Assembly: GCA_017470715.1 (NCBI GenBank)
Contig: JAFUYE010000119.1
Location: forward strand, 7,024 to 71,023
Length of the DNA stretch: 64,000 nucleotides
DNA from: Selenomonadaceae bacterium
GTDB lineage: Bacteria; Bacillota; Negativicutes; Selenomonadales; Selenomonadaceae
Reading direction: 5' to 3'
Below the pieces are notes generated by a model. The model searched no databases, had not been told where the DNA came from, and worked only from the letters and a program-made list of their open reading frames with translations. Positions 17,629-26,560 of the stretch are shown in pieces. Position 1 is the first letter of the stretch. Each line of letters opens with the position of its first letter. The position numbers and the translations under genes were made by a program.

Positions 17629-18927
17629 TTATCGCTCATAATTTTTCTCCGTCAAAATCAGTTCAATAGCGTTCAAAACGTCGTCAATATCTTTTTCGGT
17701 GATGACGAGCGGCGGTTGGAATGCCAAAACATTTCTGCCGACACCGTTCTTGCCGACGATAAAGCCGCGATTTTTCAGCTCCTCAAGTAATGCGTCGAGT
17801 TCTTTGAATGCGGGCGATTTATCCGCGTGAACGAATTCCGCACCGACCATTAAGCCGATACCGCGCACGTCGCCGATAATCGGGAATTTTTTTTGCAAAA
17901 GTTTCAAGCCCGTCATTAATTGTTCGCCGCGAGCTTTGGCGTTGGACATAAGATTTTTTTCGGCAATGTAGTCGAGTACCGCAAGCCCCGCCGTCGACGA
18001 AACCGGGTTGCCGCCCAAAGTCGACGCACCGGGTCTGGTGTACGTGTCGGCAATTTTTTTCGTCGAAATAAACGCGCTTATCGGTTGCCCGTTGCCGAGA
18101 GCTTTTGCGACGCTCATAATGTCGGGCGTCACGTCGAAATTTTCAATCGCGAACATTTTGCCCGTCCGTGCAAAACCGGTTTGAACTTCGTCGGCAATCA
18201 GCAACGCGCCGTATTTCGACAAAATTTCTTTGACGCGCTTGAAATAACCTTTCGGCGGGACGACGATACCGGCATTGCCCTGAATCGGTTCGGCAATCAA
18301 CGCGGCAATTCGTCCGGATGTCGCAGTCTGAATAATCGTTTCGATTTTGTCCGCGCAGGCAAGATCGCAAGTTTCGGGATTTTTTCCCAACGGACAACGA
18401 TAGCAGTACGGATTGGGCGCGAAATTAATTCCGCCGACGGGATTCGTGTCCGTTCGCCACATGCCGATACCGGTTAAACTCATCGTCAATTTCGTGCGCC
18501 CGTGCAAGCCGCTTTGCAACGCGATAAATTCGGAACTGTGCGTGTAAATCGACGCAAGCAACAACGAACCTTCGTTAGCTTCGGTGCCGGTGGAGCAGAA
18601 AAAACTTTTTTGCAAATCGCCGGGCGTGACTTCCGCCAAACGTTCCGCAAGATTAACAAAATTTTCCGTGAGATAAATGTTGCACACGTGTTGAAGAGTT
18701 TTAATCTGCTCAATCATGCGTTCGGTGATAAACGGGTTGCAATGCCCGCAGTTGATAACCGAAACTCCCGCGTAACAGTCGAGATATTTTTTGCCCGTCG
18801 TGTCGAAAAGATATTGCATTTCACCGCGCACAAATTGCGGCGGGTCGCTGTAAAAATGTCCGAGGCACGGCATTATATATTCGCGTTTCTTCGCCAAAAT
18901 TTTTTCTGCACCAATATATTTTTCCAT
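17629..18927 (-). CDS. class-III (acetylornithine/GABA-type) PLP aminotransferase
   Basis: Typical class III pattern (LIADEVQTGFARTG, SVAKALGNG with the PLP lysine). GAGGAG SD favours the ATG at 18927 over the track start. Confidence 0.85.
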   Translation of the reverse strand: MEKYIGAEKILAKKREYIMPCLGHFYSDPPQFVRGEMQYLFDTTGKKYLDCYAGVSVINCGHCNPFITERMIEQIKTLQHVCNIYLTENFVNLAERLAEVTPGDLQKSFFCSTGTEANEGSLLLASIYTHSSEFIALQSGLHGRTKLTMSLTGIGMWRTDTNPVGGINFAPNPYCYRCPLGKNPETCDLACADKIETIIQTATSGRIAALIAEPIQGNAGIVVPPKGYFKRVKEILSKYGALLIADEVQTGFARTGKMFAIENFDVTPDIMSVAKALGNGQPISAFISTKKIADTYTRPGASTLGGNPVSSTAGLAVLDYIAEKNLMSNAKARGEQLMTGLKLLQKKFPIIGDVRGIGLMVGAEFVHADKSPAFKELDALLEELKNRGFIVGKNGVGRNVLAFQPPLVITEKDIDDVLNAIELILTEKNYER

Positions 18928-18941
18928 GTCAACCAAGCTCC

Positions 18942-19790
18942 TCAAAAAATTATTTCGTGCGGGACAACTTCGGCGTCGTGATTTGCCAAAGATTCAATGC
19001 AATTTTCCGACAAACTCATTTCGCGAATCCACAGCAACGATTTAAACGCAAGTTCTTCGTCCAAAGCCGTACCGGGCGGAATTAAATCCTGCCACGATTT
19101 TGACGCATAACCGCCGTCCGAAAACAGCAAAACGAATTTGCCGCCGCTGTTTAGTTTCACCGCCGTCAAGCCGCTTGTGTGACCGGGAATATTTACCAAC
19201 TCGATACTGCCGTCGCCGAACAAGTCGAAACTTTTGCCGACTGAACCGACGCCCGTATTTTTGAAATGAAACGTCTCGAATTTGATGCCGTCCCACATGC
19301 TTGACACGTAGCGAATCGGATATTTTTCGGTATCTTGAAGTTCAGCCGCGCTCACGAGAATTTTTTTCGCATTCGCCACGGATTTTAAACCGCTTGCATG
19401 ATCCGTGTGCAGGTGCGTCATTATGACAAAATCCAAATCTTCGGGCGCGATATTCAAAGCCGCAAGTTGTTCGACAATCGATTGACCTTCGGGCAAAATT
19501 CCTTGATTCAACAAAAAATGTCCAAGCCCCATGTGTTTGACTTGTGCGCGTCGATTGTATTCGCCGTCGGGGCTTATGTCGCGGTGCCAGCCCGTGTCGA
19601 CAAGAATTTTATAATTGCCGTGCTCAATCAAGTAAGCCGAAACGGGCAACCAAATTCGATTTCGCCGCCCGTAAAGCGACAGCAACGACATTTGAAACGG
19701 ATTGGGATTTTTCTGCGCGTCTTTGAACGGCAACGCGTGCGAAACATAAACTTTGCCCGTATGAAACACTCGGATTTTCAAAGTAATCAC
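18942..19790 (-). CDS. MBL-fold metallo-hydrolase (lactonase-like)
   Basis: HLHTDHASG (HxHxDH) motif. The start codon is uncertain within the first 4 codons. Confidence 0.75.
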   Translation of the reverse strand: MITLKIRVFHTGKVYVSHALPFKDAQKNPNPFQMSLLSLYGRRNRIWLPVSAYLIEHGNYKILVDTGWHRDISPDGEYNRRAQVKHMGLGHFLLNQGILPEGQSIVEQLAALNIAPEDLDFVIMTHLHTDHASGLKSVANAKKILVSAAELQDTEKYPIRYVSSMWDGIKFETFHFKNTGVGSVGKSFDLFGDGSIELVNIPGHTSGLTAVKLNSGGKFVLLFSDGGYASKSWQDLIPPGTALDEELAFKSLLWIREMSLSENCIESLANHDAEVVPHEIIF

Positions 19791-20046
19791 TCCGTGAATT
19801 TTTCAAAAGCCTAACACACGACGAATCAAATGGCAAGCGCGGCAAAAATTTTCAGCTTAAATACATGTCGCAAGGCAAAATTGTTGATATTATACATTTA
19901 ATCGAAGCCTATAAAAAATAAAGGAGTGATTCAAATTGCCGAATCAAATGATGCGCCAAATCATGATTGAAAATTTTCAGGATTCGTTGCGGCTTGTTCG
20001 TCACTTGATGAATTTCAGCGTCTAGGATTTTGCTGCGGCACTCGGC

Positions 20047-20922
20047 GTGACGAGCGAAACCGTCAATCATCTTGAGACGAAAAAAATCAAAATGACCGCG
20101 ACGCAATATCTTGCAATCGCCGCGTTGACGGACAGTTATTTCGCGAATCATGCGGAACTTTTGCCGAAACTCAAGGCGGTTATCGACAGCGACGGAAAAA
20201 GTTACGGCGAAGAATACGAAACATCTTTTCGCGGCAATTCGCTGTTGCAACGCTGGTTTGAAGATTTTATCGACTTCGACGACGTGACGGACGATTTCCC
20301 TGCGGACGAAGAATTTTTCGACGACGATGAAGTTGATTCGGACGACGAAGATTTTCCCGACGAAAAACTTTGGGGCTTGGCGCAGAATTATAAAGTTTTC
20401 CTTGACGCCGAAATTTTGCTTGCCGAGGACGCGGAAAATTTCACCGAAAATCTGACTGCGGCATTTGAAGCGGCGAACGATAAAGTCATCATGCCGTTGC
20501 GCTCCGTCGAACAACTTCAAGATTCGGCAAATCAAGACACGGAATTTCAAGAAAATATTTCGCAGGCAATGTTGCTTATCAAAAAACTGCAAGCGAACGG
20601 CGTTTTGCAAATTCACGGCGAAGAAACCGACCCCGACTTTCATGACACGATTATTCAAGTTTTCGGGCGTTTCAAAAGCAAATATCCGCTTTGCCTCGTC
20701 ACGCCGAACGAACAACTTGCACGCGAAATTTTGTCGCTCAACGATTCCGACGACGAGGACGCTTTTGAAATTGCGGCGGCTTTCGTCGAAGACGGCATGA
20801 TTAACTTTTATGTCGCGGAAGAAGATTCTGCGGAAGATTTTGCAGATGACGCGGAAACTGATTCGGACGCGCCCGAAGAAAATTTTACGGACAAAAAGTT
20901 TAACGGTTGGTCGGAACTGTAA
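20047..20922 (+). CDS. acidic protein with a truncated XRE-type HTH and a degenerate PIN-like domain; first gene of the kinase/vWA/PP2C cassette
   Basis: Track ORF. The reading frame continues upstream to TTG 19936 (AAGGAG SD) but is broken by TAG 20023-20025 inside the HTH. D/E-rich linker. The C-terminal half aligns by eye with the N-terminal domain of the next gene. Confidence 0.6.
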   Translation: MTSETVNHLETKKIKMTATQYLAIAALTDSYFANHAELLPKLKAVIDSDGKSYGEEYETSFRGNSLLQRWFEDFIDFDDVTDDFPADEEFFDDDEVDSDDEDFPDEKLWGLAQNYKVFLDAEILLAEDAENFTENLTAAFEAANDKVIMPLRSVEQLQDSANQDTEFQENISQAMLLIKKLQANGVLQIHGEETDPDFHDTIIQVFGRFKSKYPLCLVTPNEQLAREILSLNDSDDEDAFEIAAAFVEDGMINFYVAEEDSAEDFADDAETDSDAPEENFTDKKFNGWSEL

Positions 20923-20936
20923 GGGAGTGTTCGCTC

Positions 20937-23312
20937 ATGGTGAAAAATCCCAACGAAATTCAATCGGAATTTTTGGAACGTTGCGTCCGCGATTGCGACA
21001 GGATTTTTATCGACACGTGCAGTTTTTTGGAAGAAACCATGTACGATTTTTTTCAAAACATTGTGCCGATTCTTGAGCGCGAACAAAAAACCGTCATTGT
21101 TCCGCTGGCGGTTTGCCAAGAATTGGAGCGATTCGCGAACAATCCCGCCGAATGCCGAAAAGAACATCCCGATAATCCCAACTTGAACAAATTGGCGATT
21201 CATGCCTGCGAAACAATTAACGTCCTGAAGCGGGCTAATATCGTTCAAATTTTTGCCGACCCCGACGATAAAAAATTCGCCGACAATATTTTTCTGTATG
21301 TGTTCCTGAAAATCCGGCTGAAATACAACGTGTTGTTTATCACGCAGGACAACGGGCTTGCACACGACGCATGCGACATTTTCAAAGACAGTCGTTCCGT
21401 CAAAGGCGTCAAAAAAATTCTGGTCTGCAAGATTGTCAAAAACGGTTACCTGAAAAATTTTTCCGACGACAAGCCGAAAAAATTTCCGCAACCGGTCAAG
21501 CCGTCATCCGAAAATATTCCGCCGAATGAACGCTTTGCATTTGCCAATGAAGTCGTCGATATCGAAGGAAATTTGCCCGTCACTAAAATTCCCGTCGAAG
21601 GCGAATACGTTACGGCGGTTCGCAACGGTCAAACGAAACAAATTCGCCTGATTGAAGAAGTCGGCTCCGGCGGCGAAGGTTCCGTTTACAAAACCGATTT
21701 CGACGGTTATGTCGCGAAAATTTACAAGCCCGAAAAAATTACGCGCCTGCGTCACGAAAAACTTAAACTTATGCTCTCCAAAGACATCAACTGCGAAGGC
21801 GTCTGTTTTCCGCTTGCAATGATTCACAATCAACGCAACGAATTTGTCGGTTATCTTATGCGTGCGGCGTCCGGTAAAGATTTGGGCAAAAGCGTTTTCA
21901 TGCCGATGTTGCTGAAAAAATATTTCCCGAAATGGAACAGAGTCGACACCGTTCAACTTTGCGTGACGATTCTCAAAAAAATTAAGTATCTGCATGACCG
22001 CAACGTTATTCTCGGCGACATCAACCCGTACAATATTTTGGTCGTTTCGCCGACGGAAGTTTATTTCGTCGACACGGACAGTTATCAGGTCGAAGGTTTC
22101 ATTTGTCCCGTCGGAATGCCGCTTTTCACCGCGCCCGAACTTCAAAAGAAAAAATACGGTCTGCGAACTTTGGGCAACGAAAATTTTGCGGTGACGACTT
22201 TGCTGTTCATGATTATGCACCCCGGCAAGCCGCCTTACGCAATGCAGGACGGCGAAGGCATCGTCGAAAACATTATCAAGGGCGAATTTTCTTACCCGCT
22301 CGGCGAACGCAAGACCGGCAAAGTGCCGCAAGGTCCGTGGCGTTTTTGCTGGAGCCATTTGACGTACAAAATCAAAGAGGCGTTCTACGAAACTTTTTGG
22401 CGCGACGGCATGTATCACGACGAAAAAAATCGTCCCGGCACGGGCTTTTGGCTCAGGCTGTTTGAGTACTATCTCAAGTTGCTTAAAAACGGGACGATGA
22501 CTGCAAATGATGAAGAGTCAATTTTAATTTTCCCGACACGTTTCAAAAGAGAGAAAGACAAAATTTACGCCAAGTGCAAGCTTTGCGGCAAGGAATTCGT
22601 CGAGGACTCACTTGAACAGGGCATTTGCCGCGCTTGCCTTCACGACGGCGAAAAATATCAATGCGAACGTTGCGGCGGCGAAATAATTTACACCAACTAC
22701 CAAAAATACATCAAGCGTGCCAAGCGTTACAAAATTTGTCGTGCCTGCTTTGAAAGGACGAATACCATCTTTGAACGGCGCAGTTGCAAAGATTGCGGGC
22801 GCACGTTCGAGATAACTTACGGGCAAAAAGAATTTTTCGACGCGAAAGGCATGAGCTTGCCGACTCGTTGCGAGGTTTGTCGAAAAAAGCCGCGTCCGTC
22901 GCCGACGGTTCGTCACACGCCGACAACCGTGACAATGCCGCCGCGCCCGACACCGTCGCAACCCGTCGAGCCGCCGAAGAAAAACGGTTGGTGCTTTATC
23001 ACAACTGCCGTCTGCGAATATTTGGGCAAGCCCGATGATTGTTTCGAGTTGACAACGCTCAGAAATTTTCGCGACAACTGGTTGGCACTTCAAACCGGCG
23101 GCAAAGAAGAAATTCGCGAGTATTACGAAATTGCGCCGAAGATTGTCGAAAAATTGGCTGCGTCCGACGAAAAAGATTCGCTGTACGAAAAAATTCGGCT
23201 GGATTATATCGAGCCGTGTTTGGAAGAAATTTTGCACGGGCACAACGAAAATTGCCGCGCACGCTATCGCGAAATGGTTTTGATGCTCAAGCAAAAATTT
23301 TCGATTGATTAA
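20937..23312 (+). CDS. PIN-like domain / Ser-Thr protein kinase / multiple zinc-ribbon fusion protein (TerY-P-type kinase)
   Basis: ATG 20937 after an AAGGGAG SD. Kinase motifs: GSGGEGSVYK, VAKIYK, LGDINPYNIL, DTDSY, TAPE. N-terminal IFIDTCSF / VIVPLAVCQELE / LFITQDNG. C-terminal run of at least four CxxC pairs. Confidence 0.8.
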   Translation: MVKNPNEIQSEFLERCVRDCDRIFIDTCSFLEETMYDFFQNIVPILEREQKTVIVPLAVCQELERFANNPAECRKEHPDNPNLNKLAIHACETINVLKRANIVQIFADPDDKKFADNIFLYVFLKIRLKYNVLFITQDNGLAHDACDIFKDSRSVKGVKKILVCKIVKNGYLKNFSDDKPKKFPQPVKPSSENIPPNERFAFANEVVDIEGNLPVTKIPVEGEYVTAVRNGQTKQIRLIEEVGSGGEGSVYKTDFDGYVAKIYKPEKITRLRHEKLKLMLSKDINCEGVCFPLAMIHNQRNEFVGYLMRAASGKDLGKSVFMPMLLKKYFPKWNRVDTVQLCVTILKKIKYLHDRNVILGDINPYNILVVSPTEVYFVDTDSYQVEGFICPVGMPLFTAPELQKKKYGLRTLGNENFAVTTLLFMIMHPGKPPYAMQDGEGIVENIIKGEFSYPLGERKTGKVPQGPWRFCWSHLTYKIKEAFYETFWRDGMYHDEKNRPGTGFWLRLFEYYLKLLKNGTMTANDEESILIFPTRFKREKDKIYAKCKLCGKEFVEDSLEQGICRACLHDGEKYQCERCGGEIIYTNYQKYIKRAKRYKICRACFERTNTIFERRSCKDCGRTFEITYGQKEFFDAKGMSLPTRCEVCRKKPRPSPTVRHTPTTVTMPPRPTPSQPVEPPKKNGWCFITTAVCEYLGKPDDCFELTTLRNFRDNWLALQTGGKEEIREYYEIAPKIVEKLAASDEKDSLYEKIRLDYIEPCLEEILHGHNENCRARYREMVLMLKQKFSID

Positions 23313-23331
23313 TTCTGAGGAGGTTTTTTAC

Positions 23332-24111
23332 ATGAATGATTTGTTGAGGAAACAAGACCTTGAATCGAATCCGACGCCGCGAGTTCCGATTTGTCTTTGT
23401 CTGGACGTGAGCGGCTCAATGGGCAGAATTGTCGGCGGCAATGTTCAAAACACGGGACGGCGCGAATATCACGACGGAAAATGGTGGAATATCGTCGAAG
23501 GCGGAATTACCGCGTTGCAAGAGATGATTGGCGGCGTCAATCTTTTTTACGACAACTTGCTTGAAGATGACGTGGCGCGCTATTCGGCGGAAATTTGCGT
23601 CGTAACTTTCGGCGGCAATTCGCCCGAACTTATTTTGGACTTCGCGAATTTGGACAGACAAGAATCGGAACGTCAACAAAAAATTTCCGCGTTGGAAGCT
23701 CACGGCGAAACTCCGTTGGGCGAGGCTGTCAACATGGCTTTGGATTGTCTGGACACGCGCAAACGCGAATTCAAAGATGCCGGCGTCGATTATTTTCAAC
23801 CGTGGCTTGTTTTGATGACCGACGGCGAACCCAACGGCTCAACTGCCGAATTGAACCGCGCCATTTCCCGCACGAACGAATTGGCTAACAATCGCAGATT
23901 AACGATTTTCCCGATTGGTATCGGCGAAGAAGCGGATATGAATTGTCTTGCAAAATTTTCGCCGAAACGCCCGCCGCTCCGTTTAAAAGGCATGAACTTT
24001 AAAGGTTTCTTCGAGTGGCTCAGTGCCAGCGTTTCCAGAACTTCGCAATCAATGCCCGGCGACAAAATCAAGCTTGACCTTGACGGTCTTAAAGGTTGGG
24101 CAGATTTGTAA
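23332..24111 (+). CDS. vWA-domain protein (TerY-like)
   Basis: GAGGAGG SD. MIDAS motif DVSGSMG, then LVLMTDGEPNG. Confidence 0.85.
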   Translation: MNDLLRKQDLESNPTPRVPICLCLDVSGSMGRIVGGNVQNTGRREYHDGKWWNIVEGGITALQEMIGGVNLFYDNLLEDDVARYSAEICVVTFGGNSPELILDFANLDRQESERQQKISALEAHGETPLGEAVNMALDCLDTRKREFKDAGVDYFQPWLVLMTDGEPNGSTAELNRAISRTNELANNRRLTIFPIGIGEEADMNCLAKFSPKRPPLRLKGMNFKGFFEWLSASVSRTSQSMPGDKIKLDLDGLKGWADL

Positions 24112-24125
24112 GGAGCAAATTTTTT

Positions 24126-25127
24126 ATGGAATGGAAATCTGTTTGTTGCGCGGTGCAGGGCAAAGGTCACTCGAAAAAAAATATTCCCTGCCAAGACAAA
24201 GTTGCGCGGCTTGAAATGAATGGCGTACAAGTCATTGCTTTGGCGGACGGCGCGGGCTCGGCGTCAATGTCACATTTCGGCGCGGAATGTGTCGTCGACA
24301 GCGTTTCAAAATTCGTCGCGGAAAATTTTCTTGATTTAATCGCGCAGGACGACGGACGAATTGTCAAGCAAGAAATTTTGTCCGTTGCATTGCAGGCTTT
24401 GAACGACGCGGCGAAAATTCATGACTGCACGTTGAAAGATTTGGCGTCGACGTTGCTGGTTGCGGCTGTCGGTGACGGAAAATTTTTCCTTGTACATTTG
24501 GGCGACGGCGTTATCGGTTACTTAAATGACGCGGGCTTGAAGACTGCCTCGACGCCCGACAACGGCGAATTTTCCAACGAGACGGTTTTTGTCACGTCAA
24601 CAAATGCCGCCGCGCACATGCGACTTTACAAAGGCTTGCTCAAAAAAATTTCGGGCTTTATCTTGATGAGCGACGGCAGCGAACAAAGTTTGTACAACAA
24701 GCGCAATAAAAATTTGGCTCCCGCCGTCAAACGATTAATGCACCGCACATGTTTGGTCGACGCGGAAATTTTGACGCCGCAACTTGAAGACGCGATTAAA
24801 TCGGTTATCCTCGACAACACGCAGGACGATTGCAGTATCGCGATATTGGCGCGGAATTCCGAACAGTTGCCGCCGCTGAACGAATTGCCGCTGTCCGAAC
24901 GTCAAGAACTTTTTCGTATCGACGGAAGTTCTGCCTTTCGCAAAGTTCGCCGAAAAATTTTTCGATGCGATAAAATATGTGCTCTCTTGGCAAAACCTTT
25001 GACGTTAAAGCAGTTGGCGCGCAAACTTCATTTGAAACCGCATTACGCCGAAAAAAAATTACGTCGACTCACGGACGCGGGCATTGTGACACGAACGGCG
25101 AACGGCTTTAAAACTTACGGCAACTGA
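24126..25127 (+). CDS. PP2C-like phosphatase with a C-terminal winged-helix segment
   Basis: AAGGAG SD. QGKGHSKKNIPCQDKV...ALADGAGSA...LMSDG pattern of PP2C_2-type proteins. C-terminal LKQLARKLHLKPHYAEKKLRRLTDAGIV looks like a wHTH. Confidence 0.75.
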   Translation: MEWKSVCCAVQGKGHSKKNIPCQDKVARLEMNGVQVIALADGAGSASMSHFGAECVVDSVSKFVAENFLDLIAQDDGRIVKQEILSVALQALNDAAKIHDCTLKDLASTLLVAAVGDGKFFLVHLGDGVIGYLNDAGLKTASTPDNGEFSNETVFVTSTNAAAHMRLYKGLLKKISGFILMSDGSEQSLYNKRNKNLAPAVKRLMHRTCLVDAEILTPQLEDAIKSVILDNTQDDCSIAILARNSEQLPPLNELPLSERQELFRIDGSSAFRKVRRKIFRCDKICALLAKPLTLKQLARKLHLKPHYAEKKLRRLTDAGIVTRTANGFKTYGN

Positions 25128-25149
25128 AAAGTTTTTTGCATAACGAAAA

Positions 25150-25178
25150 ATCCCCGACGCGCTGTCGAGGATTTTTTT
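25150..25178 (+). terminator. intrinsic terminator ending the cassette
   Basis: CCCCGACgcgctGTCGAGG hairpin followed by ATTTTTTTAT. Confidence 0.6.
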
Positions 25179-25204
25179 ATGTCTGACGTAATAATATTCA
25201 GTTT

Positions 25205-25280
25205 TGGTGGAGACGAGGGGGATCGAACCCCTGACCTCTTGACTGCCAGTCAAACGCTCTCCCAGCTGAGCTACGCCCCC
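25205..25280 (-). tRNA. tRNA-Ala (GGC)
   Basis: The reverse complement folds as a cloverleaf: GGGGGCGTAGCTCAG...; anticodon loop CTGGCAG; TPsiC arm GGTTCGATCC; encoded CCA. Confidence 0.9.
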
Positions 25281-25357
25281 AACGCGTGCGATTATAAACG
25301 TTGCGTCGTGCGTTGTCAAGAAAAAAAATCCACCCGAAATTTCCGAGCGGATAATTT

Positions 25358-25424
25358 GTCGACGGATTTAATTTTGTGACCGCGTGCAGAAAAATTGTTT
25401 GTCAACTTTTTAAAAGTTGCGCCT
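25358..25424 (-). repeat. TTTTAAAA-palindrome element, copy F
   Basis: Minus strand GCAACTTTTAAAAAGTTGAC + AAACAA... Flanked by 22-bp direct repeats GAAATTTCCGAGCGGATAATTT (25336-25357 and 25425-25446). Confidence 0.7.
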
Positions 25425-25496
25425 GAAATTTCCGAGCGGATAATTTTTTATGTAACGTTTGAAATTCCGTGCGTTGAAAGTTGCCGTAGACAAAGT

Positions 25497-26432
25497 TCAG
25501 TCAATCTCAATCAATTCGTATTGCGGATTGCCCATGCCTTTTTCAGCCATAGCCGAAAGTTGACGCAAGCCGTGACGAGATTCAATGCGCTCCTTCATGT
25601 CGTGGCTGTCGGACGCGGCGTAAATCATATCCGCACAAGCTTGGTCAACCGCCAAAATATCCGTCGAAACTGCAATGCCGATGTCTTTCATTGTCGGTTC
25701 GGCAGCGGTGACGCCCGCACAGTCGCAATCGACGCTGATTCGGCGCATGACGTTCAAAAAGACAATGTGCTTGCCGAAATGGTCGCAAGTTGCCTGTGCG
25801 CTGTCCGCCATGAGTTCCATGAAATATTCTTTGTCCGGCCACGCTGTCCAATCGGGGACGTTGTTCGGGTCGACGCCGTGAACTTGTGCCTTGCCCAGAT
25901 GTCCGCTTGCGCAACCGATAGCGATATTTTTCATTGAGCCGCCGAAACCGCCCATTGCGTGCCCTTTGAAATGCGTCAAAACAATCAGCGAATCATAATC
26001 GGCAAGATGTGCGCCCATTGCAACTTCCTTGAGATGGAAAGGTTTGCGGACAGGGAAATTAACCGTCTTGTCGCCTTCGTCCATGATGTCCACGTCGCAG
26101 AACGTCCAGCCGTTGACTTTGAGCGTGTCGCGGTGCCCTTCGTCGGTGAAACGGTCGCCTTCGTACAGCGTGTTGCATTCGACAATTTTGCTGTCGGGAA
26201 CTTGCGCCTGAAATTCTTTGACCATGTCACGCGGCAAAATGTTGGGACCGTGTTTTTCGCCCGTGTGAAGTTTGATGCCGACTTTGCCGTAAATGTTTTC
26301 GTTGATGATTTTGTAAAGCTTGATGAGATGCGCCGCGTCGATTGTTTTTGTGAAGTAAACTTTTGCCGCCGTGCCCGAATAATTTTCGCCGGTAACGTTT
26401 TTCGAGCCGACGACGGGAGCTTGATTAGCCAT
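25497..26432 (-). CDS. DUF362-domain protein
   Basis: THFKGHAMGGFGGSMKNIAIGC motif characteristic of DUF362. Confidence 0.7.
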   Translation of the reverse strand: MANQAPVVGSKNVTGENYSGTAAKVYFTKTIDAAHLIKLYKIINENIYGKVGIKLHTGEKHGPNILPRDMVKEFQAQVPDSKIVECNTLYEGDRFTDEGHRDTLKVNGWTFCDVDIMDEGDKTVNFPVRKPFHLKEVAMGAHLADYDSLIVLTHFKGHAMGGFGGSMKNIAIGCASGHLGKAQVHGVDPNNVPDWTAWPDKEYFMELMADSAQATCDHFGKHIVFLNVMRRISVDCDCAGVTAAEPTMKDIGIAVSTDILAVDQACADMIYAASDSHDMKERIESRHGLRQLSAMAEKGMGNPQYELIEID

Positions 26433-26487
26433 AAAAATTTTCCTCCTCGTTCAGAAATTAACCCCGCGCAGGGGATTTGCTTAACAA

Positions 26488-26517
26488 ATAATATTTCTTT
26501 GAGCCGACTCAAGTCAA
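26488..26517 (-). promoter_or_regulatory. sigma70-like promoter for the DUF362 gene
   Basis: Minus strand TTGACT, 18-nt spacer, TATTAT. Confidence 0.4.
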
Positions 26518-26560
26518 GAAAAATTTTCGATAAGCGGCGTTTCACATTGCACATTACGTA

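Noticed and set aside
20023-20025. TAG reassigned as a sense codon (alternative genetic code).
   Set aside because: TAG ends at least three ORFs with otherwise normal ends: the acetyltransferase at 57620, RNase E/G at 58344 and pssA at 40180. A nonsense mutation, readthrough or sequencing error is more parsimonious.
19800-25300. A tRNA-Ala-targeted integrative island carrying the kinase cassette.
   Set aside because: No integrase or excisionase is present. I could not find a repeat of the tRNA 3' end at the distal border (19800-19935). The location is suggestive only.
25336-25446. Resemblance of GAAATTTCCGAGCGGATAATTT to the lac operator (GTGAGCGGATAAC), suggesting a LacI-type operator pair.
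   Set aside because: The match is short. The two copies are better explained as the target duplication flanking palindromic-element copy F. No LacI-family gene is nearby.
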